Part shown: positions 37,654 to 49,346 of the stretch, piece after piece
Layout: each line of letters begins with the position of its first letter
Position numbering within the stretch: position 1 is the stretch's first letter
Source of the DNA: Neoconidiobolus thromboides FSU 785
Taxonomy: Eukaryota > Fungi > Entomophthoromycota
Direction of reading: 5' to 3'
NCBI GenBank assembly: GCA_025603075.1
Contig: MU626365.1
Location: forward strand, 10,918 to 74,917
Length of the DNA stretch: 64,000 nucleotides
Program-made: the position numbers and the translations under genes
The notes under the pieces: generated by a model
Database searches by the model: none
What the model was told of the DNA's origin: nothing
Seen by the model: only the letters and a program-made list of their open reading frames with translations

Positions 37654-39722
37654 TTTTGTACAAATTTTATCTAAGAACGTTTGTATATATATAAATAAAC
37701 TTGATTTTGATTAATCCCCTTTAGCTTTAAATAATGGTAAATTTTAAGTTTATCAAGTTTTATTGTCTCTCTTTACACTAGTTTTGATAAAAGCGCTCTA
37801 TTTATATTTTCTGTTTTATTAAAATTCCTGGGAATGTACTTTTTTGTTTCTTTGTTTATTTAATTTTAAAACGATAATCAGATTAAAGTTGACTGTATTA
37901 AATTCTAAAGTTATAGCTAACTTCAAAGCAAACCTGGCAAAAGCTCAAAACGAATCTAACTGAGCTCACTGTAAGAATAATGGCGGGTTTTGATTGATTG
38001 AATTTGAACTGGCTCAAGTGCGTAAGGATATTTTAGGCTGAAGCTTAATTAAAAATAACTCTCAAACTTTAAGGAATTTTATCATTGACTTAAAGGACTA
38101 TATTAAAATGATATTGTTTAAATTTTTATATAATTTCAAAGCAAAATTTAACTTAAAATTTAACTTAGGATGAAGGATATAAATCAAGTTGGTATTTCTT
38201 TATTTTTAAATATGTAAAAAATAGTATTATTTTCAATTTTGCTATTTAATTTTAACTAAATCAGTCAAAAAAATTTCATCACAATTTTGTTTTTTTATAT
38301 TATTTTAAGTTATATAATCTCTAAGCTCCAACTTTAGTTGTTTTTATGTATCTCAGTCGATTTAAATAATAAACTAATTTGATTGATTGTATTTTTATAG
38401 TTTGAGCTCAACCAGATTTATTTTGAGCTTTTATAGAGTTTGTTTTGAAGCTAGTTAAACTAAAATTAGAAATTATTTTATTTTATCTGGTACTTTATTA
38501 CTAAATTATAGTTTTAATATAATATATTTCCAGTATTATGATATTATATAGACTATTTTTACTAAGTATAAAAGTATTATAGTTGCATTTAGAGCTCTTT
38601 ATACTCTTTTATAATTTATTTTGAATATTTTAAAATAAGGAATTTAATACAGATTTAGTATACATAATAAAATGTTGCATTAATATTAAATTTACAGCTT
38701 TATTTTATAGTTTATTTTATTCTAATTTTTTTGTCCAAACCATTAATTATATCAATGTTTTTTATGCTACTTGTTTTGGAGATCATAAATACTTTTTTTA
38801 TCTTCTATAGTAGTGATCTTTGTGTTAGTATAATAAAATTAATAAAGCACATTTATTTAGTTTCAAGGCATCAAATATTTTTTTCTGAAATGTACTTTTT
38901 TGATTTCTAAAATAGTACTAAAAAGTTATTAATAGCAGCAAGATGCATTAAAGGCACTTTTCTACGGTAGAATATTATCTTTAAATTAATATACTGCCCT
39001 TTATATTTAAATATCACTTTAGACTTTAAAACAGTATAAATTCCGGGATGAATTAGCTTAATTTATTTAATCAAACACCTTAGTTATCTAATTGAATTAT
39101 AAAACTATACTATAAACAAAATAAATACACTTATCAAATTTAGTATAGTAGGAGTAATATAGTAGTAGTATTAAATGTTTAAATGGCCAAAGTAAAATTG
39201 ACTATAAATTAATAATTCAAACAAATGATTTATTACAATAGATTCATAAGTTATGATAGTATAAGTACTAATTTCATAAGGTATTGTAAGAAATTTAATC
39301 TATCTAAATTTAGATAAAGTTTTCTTCCTATATGTTGACATTTTAAATTTCTAAACCTTTAGGGGGTAAGTATCAAGTTGATAACTTTATAATGAGTTTA
39401 AAATTTTTGAAGTATACGAACTAAATCCTATTATCAAAAACGGTAGAGATGCCACAAAAAATACTAGAAAAATAGGGGTTATTGTTGTTATATTAAATAT
39501 GATAGAGATCAGATTAAACAACTTGTGATAATAGTATAAAAGCTCAGTTTTATATTTAAATAAGTAAAAATATAAAATTTTTATTAGCATACATTCAACT
39601 TGGCTTAAAAGAAACTAAAATAGATTGTCAATTCATGATGTTAATAAAAGTTTAAGAGAAATACATAGAGTGATAAAGTCCTTTTATTAAAATTGAGTGT
39701 AAAAAGCTCTTGTTTTTAAATA

Positions 39723-40301
39723 TTAGACCTGTTTCTCTAGTTCATGGGCTTTCATACATTTCTTTGTTGCTAAATGACGATCAAAAATATCTTTCCTATA
39801 AAATCCTATATTGCAAGGTTTACAGTGGTATTTCTGTTTATTAGTATGTGATCCACGGTGACGCTTTAGTACATATTTTCGATCAAATATTTTCCCACAA
39901 ATATCACATTGATAGGACATAGATCGATTTCCTTTATATGATTTTATACTCCACTTTCTATCTCTATTATGACATATTATATCATTTATTTTCATAATTG
40001 ATAGTAAATATGCAAATGGATCAGGGTTATAATATCCGTGGTAAAAGAACTTATAACGTAGGTTTGTTGGAGTAAAATTACTTTTTAATTCCACCATTTC
40101 GGATTCATTGAAGCATGTGTTTGAAGGAACTGATAAAGGGGATAAAGTATAATTGTCAAATACAGGTTCTACAAGGGTGAATGTAGAATAAGCCTCATTT
40201 ACATAAGATGTATAATAGGGGTATAAGCTCAGATCAGGAATAAACTCAGGTGAAGTAAGTTGGCTACTTGTATCATCTGTACTATATAAGATGTTGTACA
40301 T
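39723..40301 (-). CDS. Two-finger (C2H2 + C2HC) zinc-finger transcription factor, paralog A, intronless
   Basis: CDICGKIFDRKYVLKRHRGSH and CKPCNIGFYRKDIFDRHLATKKC; Pro/Phe/Tyr/acidic N-terminus. Confidence 0.9.
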   Translation of the reverse strand: MYNILYSTDDTSSQLTSPEFIPDLSLYPYYTSYVNEAYSTFTLVEPVFDNYTLSPLSVPSNTCFNESEMVELKSNFTPTNLRYKFFYHGYYNPDPFAYLLSIMKINDIICHNRDRKWSIKSYKGNRSMSYQCDICGKIFDRKYVLKRHRGSHTNKQKYHCKPCNIGFYRKDIFDRHLATKKCMKAHELEKQV

Positions 40302-41075
40302 TACAAAAGTTTTTTATAGCAATTTAATTAACTCATATTTTAATACTAAACGACATATTTTATAGTATTTGTAATGTTTCAAAAGAATGTACGCATTATG
40401 GTGAGTATACTTTCAATTAAAAAAACTTATTAAAATGCAAATCAAAATACTCTATCCACTTTTAAAATAGTGATATTTATTTTTATTAATATAAAATGGC
40501 AATTATGCCACCTTTGACCCTATAATTATAGTTATATTGTATACTTCATTAGCATAAACAAAGTTTATACTATGTTCAGTAGTACAACTATGCTTATATT
40601 ATAGTTAGTTAATATCTATTTAACATCTAAAATGGTAATTTTTAACAAATACTCCCTTAAAAGTTAATATCCAACCACTGAATTCAAATTATTGTTTCAT
40701 AAATATGAATATTAATAAGAAGTTTAATAGAATTTACAGAAATATTACAATTATAAATTAGTGCGTTTTAATGCAAGAATGCGATAATAGTAATATTACT
40801 TTTAAACGTATCATCATTTTAATAATTAATTATTAAACTTTAATTAGTATTATACAAATGAGTATTTATCAAAAAATAATACATTTTACTTTAAATTAGG
40901 TAATTTATCTTCAGAAAGAACTTTATTTATATTTTTGCCACAACGGATAGTATATGATTATCTCAGCATTAATTATTTTCATAAAGCACATAAGGTCAAA
41001 GAATAAAATGAAAAATAAACAAAGTAGCCAATTCTTACAAATCTCGTAAAGTAAGTGGAATGATATTATATACTA

Positions 41076-41183
41076 ACATGGGGTGGGCGTATTTTTTGTC
41101 CAAGGATTTTACTAACAATCTTTCTGCTCAAATAGTGCTTAAAAAAGAGCAAAAGTGATGAAATCGAAAAAACATCCCCATAT
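41076..41183 (-). mobile_element. MITE family A copy 9
   Basis: ACAT|GGGGTGGGCGT...ACATCCCC|ATAT. Confidence 0.8.
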
Positions 41184-42432
41184 AATATTTTAAACAAGAT
41201 TCAGATATATCAAATTATGTAAAAATATAGAAAATTATAAATTAAGTTATGTTAAATTCGTATTAATCTTGAAAAGACCTTCTATCTATTAATGTATTTT
41301 ATATGTTCTACATTTATAGTTCTAGAATAATATCAATAATGGAATATGATAGTACTATTTTACTATTTGCCATGTAAATAAATTTTTAGTAGCTTTTTAA
41401 CTAGTATCATTTTGATAAAATGCTAACTTGGTGTTTATTCTGACATTTTACTATAAATGAGCTTCATTTATTTAAATATATTTGGAATTACTGGTTAAAA
41501 TTTATTGGAAAAGAATCTATTTCCTTTACAAATTCAAACTATTAACGCTTTTTAAAACACTGCTTTAAAATGTCAGTTTATTTTAAACCTAAAAGATTAG
41601 TATGAGATAATTTTAATATATTTGAGTTTATATAAATGGAATTTCTAATATATTTGAAGTGTAGTTTAAATAAGTTAATATTGAAAATCAAAGAAGTTTC
41701 AAATCATTAAATCCATATCAGTAACTTTTAGATAAAGTTTGTATTGTGCCTTGTAATATTTAGTACTGTTTGTATATTTCACTTTTTTACTAACATTATA
41801 TATGTCCTAAAGACAATGGTTGTTAAATCAACAAAAGGATTAAAGCCGTTAGTAGTTGAAATAATCTAAGTCATTGATCAAATTTTAATGAGATTTTTAT
41901 TTTATATAATATAAATACCTTTTATGACTATATTCGTTCAATTAGTTTTTTCTAAACATTAAATGTACTAACTTAAATTTTAAGTTACCATAAATATATC
42001 ATCTCAAACATAAATCATTCTTATAAAGGGTAATACTAAAAAGCAATTTAAACCTCCAAGTTCCAGATTGAAGTATATTCTAAAATGTTTCTTACATGTG
42101 TTATATCGATTTAAAAACATTAATATTAAGCTAAAGCTAAAATAGTATATTTTAGCCTTAAAAAAAACTATTAATGGTTTAATTTTAAATTTATCTAAGA
42201 TAAACTAAATGTTACCTTTTAGTTGGATATCAAGCTAATGTACAAATTAAAGTACAGTCATAAGAAGTAACTTTAAGATTTGATAAATGTAGAAAGTAAA
42301 CGAGTTACCTGAATTCAGATTGTATCATACTCAGCTATCACTTTTTTCATACACTTGTAGTCAGAGTAAAGATTGGAGTGTTAGAACAAAGAATTAGTTA
42401 ATATCGATATAACCAAAAATAAATTTTAACAG

Positions 42433-42505
42433 GCCTGATTAGCTCAGTCGGTAGAGCATGAGACTTTTAATCTCAGGGTCATGGGTTCGAGCCCCATATT
42501 AGGCT
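42433..42505 (+). tRNA. tRNA-Lys(TTT)
   Basis: Identical to 31819-31891; followed directly by an oligo-T Pol III terminator. Confidence 0.97.
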
Positions 42506-42592
42506 TTTTTGTATTAAAGCTGTCAAAATAAAAAGGAGAACATTAAAATTTAAAGTAAACATAAATATTTATTGTTAAATATCAGTGATGAA

Positions 42593-42889
42593 TTAAGAAT
42601 TCATTTTCTTTTGAGCATCTCCTTTCAATTTATCAGCTTTACCTTCAGCTTGCATTTGTTCATTACCAGTCATGGAGCCGAAAGTATCTTTCATACTTCC
42701 TTTCATTGAGTCTTTTGATCCTTCAGCATAACCTTGAGCTTGAGCAGCTTTATGTTCAGCATCACCTTTGGCTTGCTGAGCTTTACCTTCGGCTTGCATT
42801 TGCTCATTACCTAAGGCCCAACCGACATTTTCTTTGATGGAGCCAACGGTACTTTCTTTGGTGGCGTTAATTTTAGATGGTTCTGGCAT
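42593..42889 (-). CDS. CsbD-like / Hmp1-like small hydrophilic stress protein, copy 1
   Basis: Two CsbD-type repeats (VGSIKENVGWALGNEQMQAEGKAQQAKGDAE; GNEQMQAEGKADKLKGDAQK); C-ending codon bias. Confidence 0.9.
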   Translation of the reverse strand: MPEPSKINATKESTVGSIKENVGWALGNEQMQAEGKAQQAKGDAEHKAAQAQGYAEGSKDSMKGSMKDTFGSMTGNEQMQAEGKADKLKGDAQKKMNS

Positions 42890-43170
42890 TTTGATTTAAT
42901 TTAATTGATAGTTTTATAATATTTAGGAAAGAATTTGAGTAGTTTATATACTTTTTATTTTCAACTTACTTTAATTTTCAATTTATCTATCGTATAGTAA
43001 TCATGACGTTGAGAAACTAAACTGGCTCAAATGTGTCATTCCAAACTATGGTTTGAGGGTTTATGCCCCAACTTATTTTAATCAAAATATCAAGTTATTT
43101 AATTAGTAGTGTGACTTCAAACGAAAAGAAAGGATTTATGTCAATAATATATTTGAATCATAAGAATTCA

Positions 43171-43321
43171 TTACACTAGGAGAGGCCTCAGGTTAGTACT
43201 TCCAAAATTTGATTTATTTAGTAAAATACGAAGGTTTCTTTATTTTATTTAAAATTTTTTATCATATTTTATTAAATAAATCAAGTCCTCAGAGTAGTAA
43301 CCTGAAGCCTCTTTAGTGTTA
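43171..43321. mobile_element. Non-autonomous CACTA-like (CMC/EnSpm-type) mini-element, 145 bp plus TTA TSD
   Basis: TTA|CACTAGGAGAGGCCTCAGGTTAGTACT...AGTAGTAACCTGAAGCCTCTTTAGTG|TTA; 26-27-bp TIR with 3 mismatches and 1 indel. Confidence 0.75.
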
Positions 43322-43550
43322 ACCTGTATTCCTCTTATGGTTAGTTTATTATTATTCAAGTTAGTTTTAAAGTCATTCTGATTTACACTAATGATATAGG
43401 CCAAATCTATCATAAAATAAACTAGTTTGGAACCTACGTCAGGATGAGAGTAAGGAGATCAAAATGTGAGAATGATGAATTAATGACGAAATCTATAAAT
43501 ATATAAAAAAATTGATTGAAATTTTTAGAAAAATAATTGAAGAATAGAAA

Positions 43551-43811
43551 ATGAACAATCCACCAAGTAAATTAAATGCAAATGCTAATAAAGCTATGGG
43601 GATTGTTAAAGAATCAGTTGGGTGGGCTTTAAGCGACCATGAGTTAAAAAATGAAGGAGGAGAATTAAGAACGTTAGCTGACAAAGAGTATAAGCAGGCT
43701 CAGCTTCATGCCTTAAATAATGAAAATAACCGTCAAACAAACTATAATAGTGTTGAAGATAACGAGGAAGTTCAGTATGAAAGTAAAAAACAAGAAATGA
43801 GCAATAAATAG
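43551..43811 (+). CDS. Divergent CsbD-like protein, copy 2 (one repeat plus Asn/Glu-rich tail)
   Basis: PSKLNANANKAMGIVKESVGWALSDHELKNEG aligns with the N-terminal repeat of copies 1 and 3. Confidence 0.75.
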   Translation: MNNPPSKLNANANKAMGIVKESVGWALSDHELKNEGGELRTLADKEYKQAQLHALNNENNRQTNYNSVEDNEEVQYESKKQEMSNK

Positions 43812-44189
43812 TACTTCCTCTTTTTAATCATATTATTTATTATTATTAAAGACCAGCTGCAATATAGCCTTTTATTTGAATTACTTGACATTAATTTTTT
43901 TTGGGATTTTGAAATATTAATAAATGGGCATAAATTATTATAGGGTTTTACATAAAAGGTAACCAAGTATTTATTTATAGAACTTTTGATTTTAAGCAGA
44001 TAATGTTTGAATTATCCATAACGAGAGATCAACAACGTCACGCAGAAAAATGAGGAAATAAATGTTAAACAAAGAATGGGAACAATAGAGAAACAAAATA
44101 CGTAAAAAATACGTCATAAAAGAAAATTGAAGGAGCTAAAAGTATATAAACGATGAATTATATAATAAATAAATAAAAATCAATTGAAA

Positions 44190-44486
44190 ATGCCAGAACC
44201 ATCTAAAATTAACGCTACTAAAGATACTACCATTGGTACCATCAAAGAAAATGTCGGTTGGGCCTTAGGTAATGAGCAAATGCAAGCCGAAGGTAAAGCT
44301 CAACACGCTAAAGGTGATGCTGAATATAAAGCTGCTCAAGCTCAAGGTTATGCTGAAGGATCAAAAGACTCAATGAAAGGAAGTGTCAAAGACACCGTTG
44401 GTTCCGCCATTGGTAACGAACAAATGCAAGCTGAAGGTAAAGCTGATAAATTGAAAGGTGATGCTCAAAAGAAAGTGAACTCTTAA
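44190..44486 (+). CDS. CsbD-like / Hmp1-like small hydrophilic stress protein, copy 3
   Basis: 98-aa paralog of 42593-42889 starting at ATG 44190; TATATAAA upstream. Confidence 0.9.
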   Translation: MPEPSKINATKDTTIGTIKENVGWALGNEQMQAEGKAQHAKGDAEYKAAQAQGYAEGSKDSMKGSVKDTVGSAIGNEQMQAEGKADKLKGDAQKKVNS

Positions 44487-44645
44487 ATATTTATAATAAA
44501 AACACTAGTTATATAACTTTTTATTTACTATTATTAGAACTGTGGTTTTAATTTGATGTCAGTTTTATGATTGACATAAATGATGAGGTCATCAAATATA
44601 ATAATATATAAACAAAAGAAACAAGCAAGTCTTTTATTTTTAAAA

Positions 44646-46098
44646 ATGAGTCATTTATTAAAGTTGGGAAAAGAAAGATTAATAAAAGGTGTTGGTAGAA
44701 TGAGTGAACTAGTTATTGATAAGGGAAAAGGATGCTATGTTCATGATATGATAAGTGGTAAAAACTACTTAGATTTTACTTCAGGTATTGCAGTCACTAG
44801 TACAGGCCATTGTCATCCTAAAGTAGTTGCAGCTATTCAAGAACAAGCTAGTAATTTGATTCACTCACAAGCTAACATCCATTTACACCCAAAGATTGTT
44901 GAGCTCAGTGACAAACTGACTACGGTTATGCCTAATAATGAGCTGAATAGTTTTTTTATAACCAATTCTGGAGCTGAAGCAGTAGAAAACTCAATTAAAC
45001 TAGCACGTAATATAACCAAGAAGAAGAATGTGATTGTTTTTCAAGGATCTTATCATGGCCGTACATTTGGTACTATGGGGTTAACAACTTCTAAAACTAT
45101 TTATTCGAAATCTTTTGCACCTTTTATGCCGGGTATTTATACTTGTCCTTATCCTTATTCAAGACAAATAGGCATAGATATGGATGAAGACCAATTAAAT
45201 GAGTATTGTATTAATCAATTAAAATTGCTATTGAAGCAACAAAGCGCACCGGAAGATACAGCAGCGATATTAATTGAACCTATATTAGGCGAGGGAGGAT
45301 ATGTACCAGCTAACAAGAGATTTTTACTTGAATTAAAAAATATTTGTAAGCAAAATGATATAATGTTTATTGCAGATGAGGTACAATCTGGTTTCGCTAG
45401 ATCTGGGCATTGGTTTGCTTCAGAGTGGGCTGATCCTCAATTACCGGATATTTTAGTTATGGCTAAAGGTATTGCTTCCGGGTTCCCTATCTCTGCAGTA
45501 GCTACTAAAAAACATTGGTCAGATCTTCAAGTACCAGGATCTATGGTAATATTATAATGGTTTTTTAACAATAGCCTTTGATTATTATTTATTAGGGAGG
45601 TACATACGCAGGTAATCCAATCGGGTGCGCTGCAGCTATAGCTACTATTGATGTATTGAAAGAAGAAAATATATTAAATAACGTTAATCAGAAGTAATTG
45701 TCTAGTATTTATATGTGCATCATATTTTATTTAGCTTGATAGATCGGAATATATCTTTAATAGATTAAATAAAGAGCTACTTGAAATAGTAAATAAGTTT
45801 GGATATTGCATTGATGTTCGTGGTAAAGGCTTGATGATTGGGATTGAGTTTGTTCACAAAGGTATCTTATAAAAGCGTCTCTATTTTACTGTTTAACATC
45901 AATACGTTAGATAAAAAAGAAACCAAATTAGCCTCAGAGATATCTCAATATTGTTTAAATCATCTAGATATGTTGTTGATGACTACTTCAGTCTATGATA
46001 CTTTGAGATTAATGCCAGCGCTTATTATTTCTGATAGAGAAGTAGAAATCGCTGTTGATAACATTTTGATTGCAGCTGAGAAGTGTTTAAATAAATAA
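44646..46098 (+). CDS. Class-III PLP aminotransferase (GabT/ArgD-like), three introns
   Basis: [63 protein letters not shown] (PLP lysine), GGTYAGNP and [10 protein letters not shown]. Confidence 0.88.
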
Positions 46099-46831
46099 AT
46101 AAATGAATTTATCTTTAGTAAACATGTTATATCTGTTAGTAAATCCGTCATAGATTTAAAATTACACCCTGACGTAAGTTAGAACTAACATGAAATTAAT
46201 TTAGTCACTTTAGAGAATAGAATATTCTATGAAGTACCCAGCTGAAACATTTGCATTTAATCAACCACTTTTTTTACTTTTCTTACTTACATAAAATACT
46301 TATGCTAAACAAAGGCATCTTACAAACACTTAGCCTATATTATATATATAACTTCTCAATAGCTATTTTTATAGGTACACATATTACATGTTTAAATAAA
46401 CGATCGTTGTATTATCTTTTTAAGTTGATTATAAGAATAGGATTTTTTTACCAAAATACTATTCACTATTTCAAAATAATTACAATTGGTGCACCCATTA
46501 TCTAAAAATACAAAAAATTGACAAGTAAAAAATTAATAATACAGTCTGCTGCAATTTTCTGACCTAATTAGTTACTCATTTGAGAAAAAAATTCATGTTA
46601 AAATTTACCTAACTTAGGGATTAGACTAAAAAAAATTGGTATTTAAATAATCTAATTATAAAAATTACCACTAAAAAGTCCAAGAGTTCCAGCAGCCATA
46701 GTGCAAATATCGCTTGTATAACTCATCGAACAGAAAAGAATAGCACCCAAATACAGCGATTAAATGACCAAAAAAAGATATATAAATAGTAAAGAGCACT
46801 CAAGTTTGACTTTACTTTTAAAATTTTTAAA

Positions 46832-48288
46832 ATGTTAAATAATGCTATAATAACTGGAGCCAGTGGCCTTTTAGGTCGCAAAGTTTACTCTATTTTTAAG
46901 GAGAGTGGATTGTTTGAGCAAGGTAATTTAACTTGGTTTTAATTAGAAACAAATTACTATTACCCACAGCTATTAATTGTTTACTATAGTTATTGGACTG
47001 GCATTCAGTAGAGCAAAAAATGGATTAATCAAAGTACGTTTTTTTTGAAATTTTAAACAGGATTATATTGATAGCAATAGGTTGATTTAACTAGTAAAGA
47101 TGAATTAGTTGACTTGTTTGAAAAATATCAGCCAAAAAGTGAGTATAATAACTATATACTCTATCATATAATAAACTCTTATCTATATAGTTGTTATTCA
47201 TTGTGCTGCCGAAAGATTCCCAGATAGAGCTGAAGAAAACGTAGATGCTACTATTAAAGTAAAGAGCTAATTATATAACCTAATAGTAATACTAACACTG
47301 TTAGTTGAATATCAAAGCTAGTGAATATTTGGCTGAATTAAGTAAACAACATGGTACACGTTTGATTTATATTTCTACCAACTATGTGTTTGACGGTAAA
47401 AACCCACCCTATTTACCAAGCGCTCAACCAAACCCTTTGAATTTTTATGGTAATCATGAACTCTATTTTCATATCAGCTATATTAATATTAAACTAGGCA
47501 AAAGCAAGTATGAAGGAGAAAAGGCAGTTGTCAAAATAAATCCTCAGTCTATCGTAGTAAGAGTACCTATCTTGTAAATTTTTATTTAAATTAAAAGATA
47601 TCCATATTAAACATGTTTAAAATAGATATGGAGAAACTGAGTTCCCGGGCGAATCAATGGTTATGCTTTTATCCGAATATGTAAAAGTAAGCTATTAATT
47701 CTCGTAAGCCATTTAGGCTTTGCTTATCATTTCGTAGAACTCAGATGAAAAACAAGCTATTAACGCCTATGCTCCTAGGTTCCCTACTTATGGTATATTT
47801 TACTGATTTTTTAAAACTATTTTAATTGTTTATTTTTTATAGTTGGGGATATAGCCAAATTCTGTTTAGGATTAAGTGGTAAAATAGATAAACATTTAAA
47901 AAATTTTAAAGCTAACAAGCCAACAAGATTTTGATAAATATCCAAAAGTAGCTAATATTCTTCACTTTTCTAATCAACGCACTTTGACCGAGTTTGAAAT
48001 GTGTGGTAAGCGCTAATTATTAATAGTAAGGTTGTTCAAAAATTCATCTTATTTAGAAATCTTTTCAAAAATATTAAACAAGCCTATTGACCATTTGGAT
48101 CCTGATAATGAGATTCCACCAGCAGAAAATGGTAAACTTGAACTCTTAACTAGACTAAAAACTAATCGTTTTTACTAGCTAAATACCCAATAAATGTGAA
48201 ATTAGATATTCAACATTTATATCAGGATAAATTGCTTGATTTTGAGTTTACCAAGTTTGAGGATTTTTTTAATTCTTATTTTAAATAA
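46832..48288 (+). CDS. RmlD/MAT2B-like extended SDR (dTDP-4-dehydrorhamnose reductase family), 11 introns
   Basis: ITGASGLLG, VIHCAAER, YISTNYVFDGKNPPY, PLNFYGKSK (YxxxK), RVPILYG and RFPTYVGDIA. Confidence 0.85.
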
Positions 48289-49346
48289 ACGATAGGAAGA
48301 TAGTTCGCTAATCCTAAATATTGCTAACGTTAATATATTGCTTATCAAAATGTGTTATACTTTTATATTAAGGAAATATCTATTTATTACAAGTTAAAAT
48401 ACTTGTAAAATAAACACTTTAACAAGATATAGACTAAGGTATATGATATCTGGAGTAAATAGAAGTATCTACTTAGTCAAATCAACTGATTTACTTCAAT
48501 GTCAATTCAAGATTTTGAAACTATTATTTGTGTATTTTTTTTGTTATAGTAAAATGCTAGATTAATTGTTTTTTTCAAATATTATTGTCAAACATTAAAA
48601 TAAATACTTGTGATAATTTTGTATATTTAAATGGAAAGTTTAAATTACATTTTTGGTTTTGGTTTTTTATCACAGATATTCATACTTAAGATATAGTTTA
48701 ACTTCTTATAGTCTAACTATATTATAAAAACGATGTAACTGTCTTAAAGACCATCCAGCATTATCCTTAAATTAACACAAATATATTTTACAATACTTGA
48801 AACTTAGGCTAATAGAAGCTGTTTGTTAATAAAATGTACAACCCTTAAAATAATTTATATTAATAGTTGAAATAAATAATAGTGCAGTATGAAATAACTA
48901 AAATTGCAATTTAATAATTTATATTAAAAATATTTTACAATTTAATAACCAAAATTAATTAATGTTAATATAGAAATAATGGTAGTAAAAAAATATGCAT
49001 ACTAAATTTACTCTAGTTTATTGGCTATAGTAAATTGCTTAGACAACTGATGATTAAGCGGTTTGGTTAACAGCGTATTAGAGCCAAAGATAGCACTTTT
49101 AATTGGAAGGAAGCCAACGAATCAAAAGAAGAGATTAAGAAAGCATTAAACAGAGAATGGAGTAAATAGTCAAATCAAAAAGTTCAAGTTAAAAAGGAGG
49201 TTTGTCTTTTCTTTTATAAACCAAAGTACAAATAAGAAATCGAAAAGAATTATTATTATTCTATTATCTAAATAATTAAATAAAAATCGAACTCAATCAA
49301 TCACTCAATTAACCATTAGAACTCTATTTTTTATCTTTTTTTAAAA

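Larger units (their letters stand above)
43003..44117. promoter_or_regulatory. CRE-like (TGACGT) sites upstream of all three CsbD-like genes
   Basis: ATGACGT 43003-43009; ACGTCA 43436-43441; ACGTCA 44035-44040; ACGTCAT 44111-44117. Confidence 0.5.

Noticed and set aside
39387-39590. Short hydrophobic intergenic ORFs (39387-39590, 43772-43966, 46251-46505, 54912-55148)
   Set aside because: Their composition mirrors AT-rich non-coding DNA, with no motifs or paralogs in the window.
45865-45910. Intron starting GTATCTTA as a possible U12-type intron
   Set aside because: It does not match RTATCCTT and lacks a TCCTTAAC branch site.
49040-49100. TGATGA-containing stretches as C/D snoRNAs (also about 20665-20755 and 46140-46250)
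   Set aside because: I found no convincing paired C and D boxes, terminal stem or rRNA-complementary guide by eye; an Infernal search would be needed.
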